21,296 bases of DNA from Promethearchaeota archaeon (GTDB taxonomy: Archaea; Asgardarchaeota; Lokiarchaeia; Sigyniarchaeales; SOKP01), in assembly GCA_008080735.1 (NCBI GenBank), contig SHMW01000074.1, forward strand, positions 1 through 21,296. The letters run 5' to 3'. The notes beneath the pieces were generated by a model. The model did not search any database. It was not told the origin of the DNA and saw only the letters and a list, made by a program, of their open reading frames with translations. Shown piece by piece: positions 17,867 to 21,296 of the stretch (positions are counted from its first letter, which is position 1; the number at the start of each line of letters is the position of its first letter). Position numbers and translations under genes: made by a program.

Positions 17867-18250
17867 TTGGGCATTACTAATGATGATATTGAAAAAATTT
17901 CCCCCGAAATAACATTTATTACTTCGAATGCAGAAATTGAGGCAATCGCATTAGTTTCTTCAGAGGGATATCAGATCGCTTTTTCCGCCTTACCTCAATA
18001 TCAAGTCGATGGGGATCAATTTTGTGGTCTCGCATCAGCACTATTAATGACCGGAAGATCCACCATTCAGCAGCTTTTCCAAGAAGATCTTAGTGAAATT
18101 ATATTACGTGCTGAGGATGGATACATTGTCATAACTAATGCAGGGAAATTAGTTATTGTCTGTGCGGGAACGGAGATTGATACGATGATGAAAACCGTTA
18201 AAGTTATGAGAGTTGCTGCAAAAAATTTAATTAAAATTTTTGAAGAATAA
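17867..18250 (+). CDS. Roadblock/LC7 (MglB-like) domain protein
   Basis: IEAIALVSSEGYQIA, D...GLASALL..G, L.EIILRAEDGYIVITNAG and a C-terminal helix VMRVAAKNL; 127 aa, TTG start. Confidence 0.88.
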   Translation: MGITNDDIEKISPEITFITSNAEIEAIALVSSEGYQIAFSALPQYQVDGDQFCGLASALLMTGRSTIQQLFQEDLSEIILRAEDGYIVITNAGKLVIVCAGTEIDTMMKTVKVMRVAAKNLIKIFEE

Positions 18251-18403
18251 TTTCTTCCAGCATCCGCATTTAAAGAATCACTAAAATAAAACCCTTTTTC
18301 ACTATTTTCTCTCTAATTAAGAAATGTCATTTTCAACGAAAAGCATAGATTTTTAAATTTTAAAAAATAACTAAAACTAAATAGTTCCTATAATATAAGC
18401 ACA

Positions 18404-18460
18404 ATGGCTCCTGTAAAAATCAATTCTTGGCGTTGGCAGTGGGCTTGGCGTTGGCAATAA
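18404..18460 (+). CDS. Putative Trp-rich leader peptide (MAPVKINSWRWQWAWRWQ) of trpB2
   Basis: ATG GCT CCT GTA AAA ATC AAT TCT TGG CGT TGG CAG TGG GCT TGG CGT TGG CAA TAA: five TGG codons in the last 10 sense codons, directly upstream of a Trp synthase gene. Confidence 0.85.
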   Translation: MAPVKINSWRWQWAWRWQ

Positions 18461-18543
18461 AACGCCTTTGCAATGGACTATTTCAATTGATGTCTTTTTT
18501 CTGATATTTTGATTGCGTTTTCAAAATATTAACATTTTTATTT
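18426..18543 (+). promoter_or_regulatory. Candidate attenuator RNA (alternative pairings plus hairpin and U-tract)
   Basis: GGCGTT (18429-34 and 18447-52) is complementary to AACGCC (18461-66). AAAACGC (18459-65) is alternatively complementary to GCGTTTT (18515-21). Hairpin ATATTTTGA (18504-12) / TCAAAATAT (18521-29) is followed by TTTTTATTT (18535-43), and there is a T6 tract at 18495-18500. Confidence 0.6.
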
Positions 18544-18611
18544 AAATGCATTAATACTATTGATTCCCAATTTTATTATGAAACACATTAAATAAAAAAA
18601 ACGTGTAAATT

Positions 18612-20015
18612 ATGACAGACTATTTTAACGCAAGGATTTTATTAGATCCGAAAGAAGTACCAAAACAATGGGTGAATATTCTACCAGATTTGCCCACACC
18701 TATGACGCCCTTAATTAACCCGATGGATGGGAAACCCGCACCATTTGAATTAGCTGCGGCAATTTTTCCAAAAGAATGCGTAATACAAGAGGTTTCCCAA
18801 GAACCTACCATTCCTATCCCTAAGGAATTAAGGGAGATATATGCGAGATCACATAGACCTACTCCGCTTCACAGAGCATATGGACTTGAAAAGGAATTAG
18901 GAGTAGAAGGAGAGGAAATAAAAATCTTTTATAAGAATGAATCTGTCTCTCCAACAGGCTCACATAAACCGAATACAGCTCTTGCCCAAGCATATTATGC
19001 AAAGGCGGATGGAATAAATGAGTTAGTGACTGAAACTGGCGCAGGGCAATGGGGATCGGGTCTTTCATATGGGTGTTCGCTTTTTAACATTACATGTACG
19101 GTGTATATGGTGAGAGCAAGCTTCCTCCAAAAACCAGGGCGAAAAATTCTCATGCGATCATATGATGGAGAGGTTCATGCTTCTCCTTCACGTTTTACGG
19201 AATCTGGAAGGAGTTATTATGAAAATGATCCGGACCATCCTGGGAGCTTGGGTATCGCTATTTCAGAGGCAGTAGAGCATAGTTTAAGAAGTGAAAAAAT
19301 CAGATATTCCCTAGGTAGTGTTGTGAATTTTGTATGCCTACATCAGACAGTAGTAGGACAAGAAACTCAGCAACAACTCAAGAAAGCCGGAATTGACCAG
19401 CCAGATATTGTAATCGGATGTATGGGGGGTGGTTCTAATTTTTCTGGAATGGCGATTCCGTTTGCTCGAGATAAAATTCGAGGGGATGCTCCAGACATAC
19501 AGATTATAGGTGTAGAACCACGAGCATGTCCTAGTGTATGTAAAGGAAAGTACACATGGGATTATGGAGATTCCGCTAAAAAGGCTCCTATCTTGAAAAT
19601 GCATACTCTTGGTCACAATTTTATTCCCAGCCCAATCCACGCTGGTGGCCTACGTTACCATGGTATTGCACCTATCGTATCCAATCTGTACAATAATGGA
19701 GTAATTGAAGCCACGATGCACCATCAGCTTGAAGTGATAGAGGCGGGTATGTTATTCGCAAAGGCGGAAGGAATCTTACCTGCCCCCGAAACTAATCACG
19801 CGGTAAAAGAAGCGATGAATCAAGCTCTTAAAGCTAAAGAGAAGAACGAGAAGAAGACCATCGTCTTTAACTTCAGCGGTCATGGCTATTTTGATCTACT
19901 TGCTTACAAGGAATACATGACTGGAGAACTGGAGAACTTCGAACTTTCTGAGGAAAAAATCCAAAAATCAATCAATGACGCAGATATGCCTCAGATTGAT
20001 GAATCTGCATTTTAA
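18612..20015 (+). CDS. trpB2: Tryptophan synthase beta chain, type 2 (standalone TrpB2)
   Basis: VPKQWVNI..DLP, RPTPLHRA..LE, SPTGSHKPNTA (PLP lysine), TETGAGQWG, GGGSNF, HAGGLRYHG, APETNHA and FNFSGHG. No trpA in the window. Confidence 0.97.
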   Translation: MTDYFNARILLDPKEVPKQWVNILPDLPTPMTPLINPMDGKPAPFELAAAIFPKECVIQEVSQEPTIPIPKELREIYARSHRPTPLHRAYGLEKELGVEGEEIKIFYKNESVSPTGSHKPNTALAQAYYAKADGINELVTETGAGQWGSGLSYGCSLFNITCTVYMVRASFLQKPGRKILMRSYDGEVHASPSRFTESGRSYYENDPDHPGSLGIAISEAVEHSLRSEKIRYSLGSVVNFVCLHQTVVGQETQQQLKKAGIDQPDIVIGCMGGGSNFSGMAIPFARDKIRGDAPDIQIIGVEPRACPSVCKGKYTWDYGDSAKKAPILKMHTLGHNFIPSPIHAGGLRYHGIAPIVSNLYNNGVIEATMHHQLEVIEAGMLFAKAEGILPAPETNHAVKEAMNQALKAKEKNEKKTIVFNFSGHGYFDLLAYKEYMTGELENFELSEEKIQKSINDADMPQIDESAF

Positions 20016-20070
20016 TTCTTATTTCTCTTTTTTTTTGTTCTTTTTTATACTTTTTAATCCTTTTTATTTC
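20016..20070 (+). terminator. T-rich terminator of trpB2
   Basis: T9 at 20028-20036 and further T5-6 runs directly after the stop codon. Confidence 0.6.
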
Positions 20071-20136
20071 TTATATCAACATTTTTATCATAAAAAAAAT
20101 TTTCAATAGTAAAACATACCACAGTGGATAGTATTT

Positions 20137-21219
20137 GTGCAATTTCTTTCACTTTTAATTATTTGTATTCTCTATTCCTATTCTCTTTTTATTCTATATA
20201 TTGCCATAATGGCTAAAGATAATGGAGACATAGGTGCTTTTACAAATAATATAGCGAATTTTGCTGTTTTGGTAATTTCTGTCTCCGTAAATTTAATAAT
20301 TGTAAATAACTCCGAACTATCAAATATTGATTTTTTAGTATTTCCATTTGATTATTTAACTATCAGTTTTCTCATCTTATTTTTCCCTCTTTTCTTAATA
20401 TTCATTTATAACGAGAAACGGAAAGTAAACAGAGGCAATGGACTACCCAAATTTGAAGAATCTTTTTCTACTAGAAATATACTCCCCTTTAAATACGATC
20501 TTTATCGAAAACTTACACATCTGGTAGTCTTGTTTGTGGTGTTATTTTATTTTAATTTTGGTTTTTGGACAAAACATGTATTCATATATCTCTCTGAATT
20601 ATTGCCAGAAGATCTTTATATGCTCTTTTATTCAATTTTTCTCTCAGAGAGCAATAACATGATTTTTACTCAGTATCTAGTTGTCTTCTTGGTTGGGATC
20701 TCGCTTTTTGGATTGTTGACTGCGGACTTTTTCCGTATCTTGAAACCCAAGTTATATCCCTTGAAATCTGTTAATAAAATCCTTAGAGAAAAAGAATTAC
20801 ATTTGCGATTAGGTCCACAGATCTCGATGACGATCGGATGTTTCTCAATAATTATACTCTATGGACTATTTCAACCCCTTGGTCCTATGATGATTTGTAC
20901 TGCTATGATTATCTCTATCTTTGGTGATATGGCGTCTAACCTCATTGGAAGGGTGTTTGGAAAAAAAAAGATAAGAAATACTCAAAAAACGTATGCCGGG
21001 CTCTATTCAGGAATAGTAGTAGGATTCCTGTCAGGAATAATTTTTTTACTGATAATAAATGCTCAAGAACTATTTGGCTACTTGGGTATATTTATTTTAA
21101 CCTTTATAGGTTCAATGATAATTGGTTTACTAGATTATCTTGATTTGGAAATAGATGATAATCTCACTTACCCTTTCATTGTTTCAAGTATTCTTTTTTT
21201 TCTATCATTATTCTTTTAA
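20137..21219 (+). CDS. Dolichol/phytol kinase-like CTP-dependent polyprenol kinase (membrane protein)
   Basis: DLYRKLTHL, LREKE, FGDMASNLIGRVFG, KTYAG and DDNLTYP motifs; many TM helices. The start (GTG) is uncertain. Confidence 0.82.
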   Translation: MQFLSLLIICILYSYSLFILYIAIMAKDNGDIGAFTNNIANFAVLVISVSVNLIIVNNSELSNIDFLVFPFDYLTISFLILFFPLFLIFIYNEKRKVNRGNGLPKFEESFSTRNILPFKYDLYRKLTHLVVLFVVLFYFNFGFWTKHVFIYLSELLPEDLYMLFYSIFLSESNNMIFTQYLVVFLVGISLFGLLTADFFRILKPKLYPLKSVNKILREKELHLRLGPQISMTIGCFSIIILYGLFQPLGPMMICTAMIISIFGDMASNLIGRVFGKKKIRNTQKTYAGLYSGIVVGFLSGIIFLLIINAQELFGYLGIFILTFIGSMIIGLLDYLDLEIDDNLTYPFIVSSILFFLSLFF

Positions 21220-21234
21220 AATTTATCATTGAAA

Positions 21235-21276
21235 ATGCGAGAAAACGCATCCCTTAAGGGATAAGATGAATCGCAT
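21235..21276 (+). mobile_element. Probable IS200/IS605-family (IS1341-like) subterminal end hairpin
   Basis: ATGCGA (21235-40) / TCGCAT (21271-76) outer stem, inner palindrome ATCCCTTAAGGGAT (21249-62), followed by GATGAA. Resembles the CCC-TTxA-GGG...GATGAA end structure recalled for archaeal IS605-family elements. Confidence 0.5.
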
Positions 21277-21296
21277 CGGAAATCAGCAATTCAACG

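Noticed and set aside
2251-18250. A dynein/dynactin-like gene cluster (LbH, Roadblock and the large helical proteins)
   Set aside because: The LbH gene lies 10-15 kb from the others with unrelated genes between them. No AAA+ motor or actin-like gene is present.
18426-18456. 13-nt direct repeat read as a mini-CRISPR or DNA operator
   Set aside because: Only two copies with a 5-nt spacer. The 18-nt period keeps TGG codons in frame within an ATG-TAA ORF, so coding explains it better. An operator role is not strictly excluded.
18620-19640. Four minus-strand ORFs inside trpB2
   Set aside because: Shadows favoured by the higher GC content of trpB2.

Overview
An AT-rich archaeal window, most consistent with an Asgard (Lokiarchaeia-like) genome. 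That taxonomy is inferred from TFB, ArcTGT, Trm5, AK6/Fap7, a Roadblock/LC7 protein and large lineage-type helical proteins; no search was run. From left to right it holds: divergent wHTH and RHH regulators, an orphan Flp-like pilin, a divergent Nif3/DUF34 protein, a His-less gamma-CA-like beta-helix protein, TFB, an unknown 470-aa ORF opposite a B12-binding radical SAM gene, and a small Cys-rich protein. Next comes a tRNA-Ile(GAT)-AK6-tgtA-DUF371-trm5-tRNA-Arg(TCT) cluster, a standalone PD-(D/E)XK nuclease, a small membrane protein, two coupled ~780-aa unknown proteins and a Roadblock gene. The window ends with trpB2, a dolichol/phytol-kinase-like gene and a probable IS200/IS605 end. The top observation is an ORF missing from the supplied track: an 18-codon leader (18404-18460, MAPVKINSWRWQWAWRWQ, five UGG codons) 151 nt upstream of trpB2. 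It is followed by mutually exclusive pairing segments and a hairpin plus U-tract, so it is a candidate ribosome-mediated tryptophan attenuator in an archaeon.
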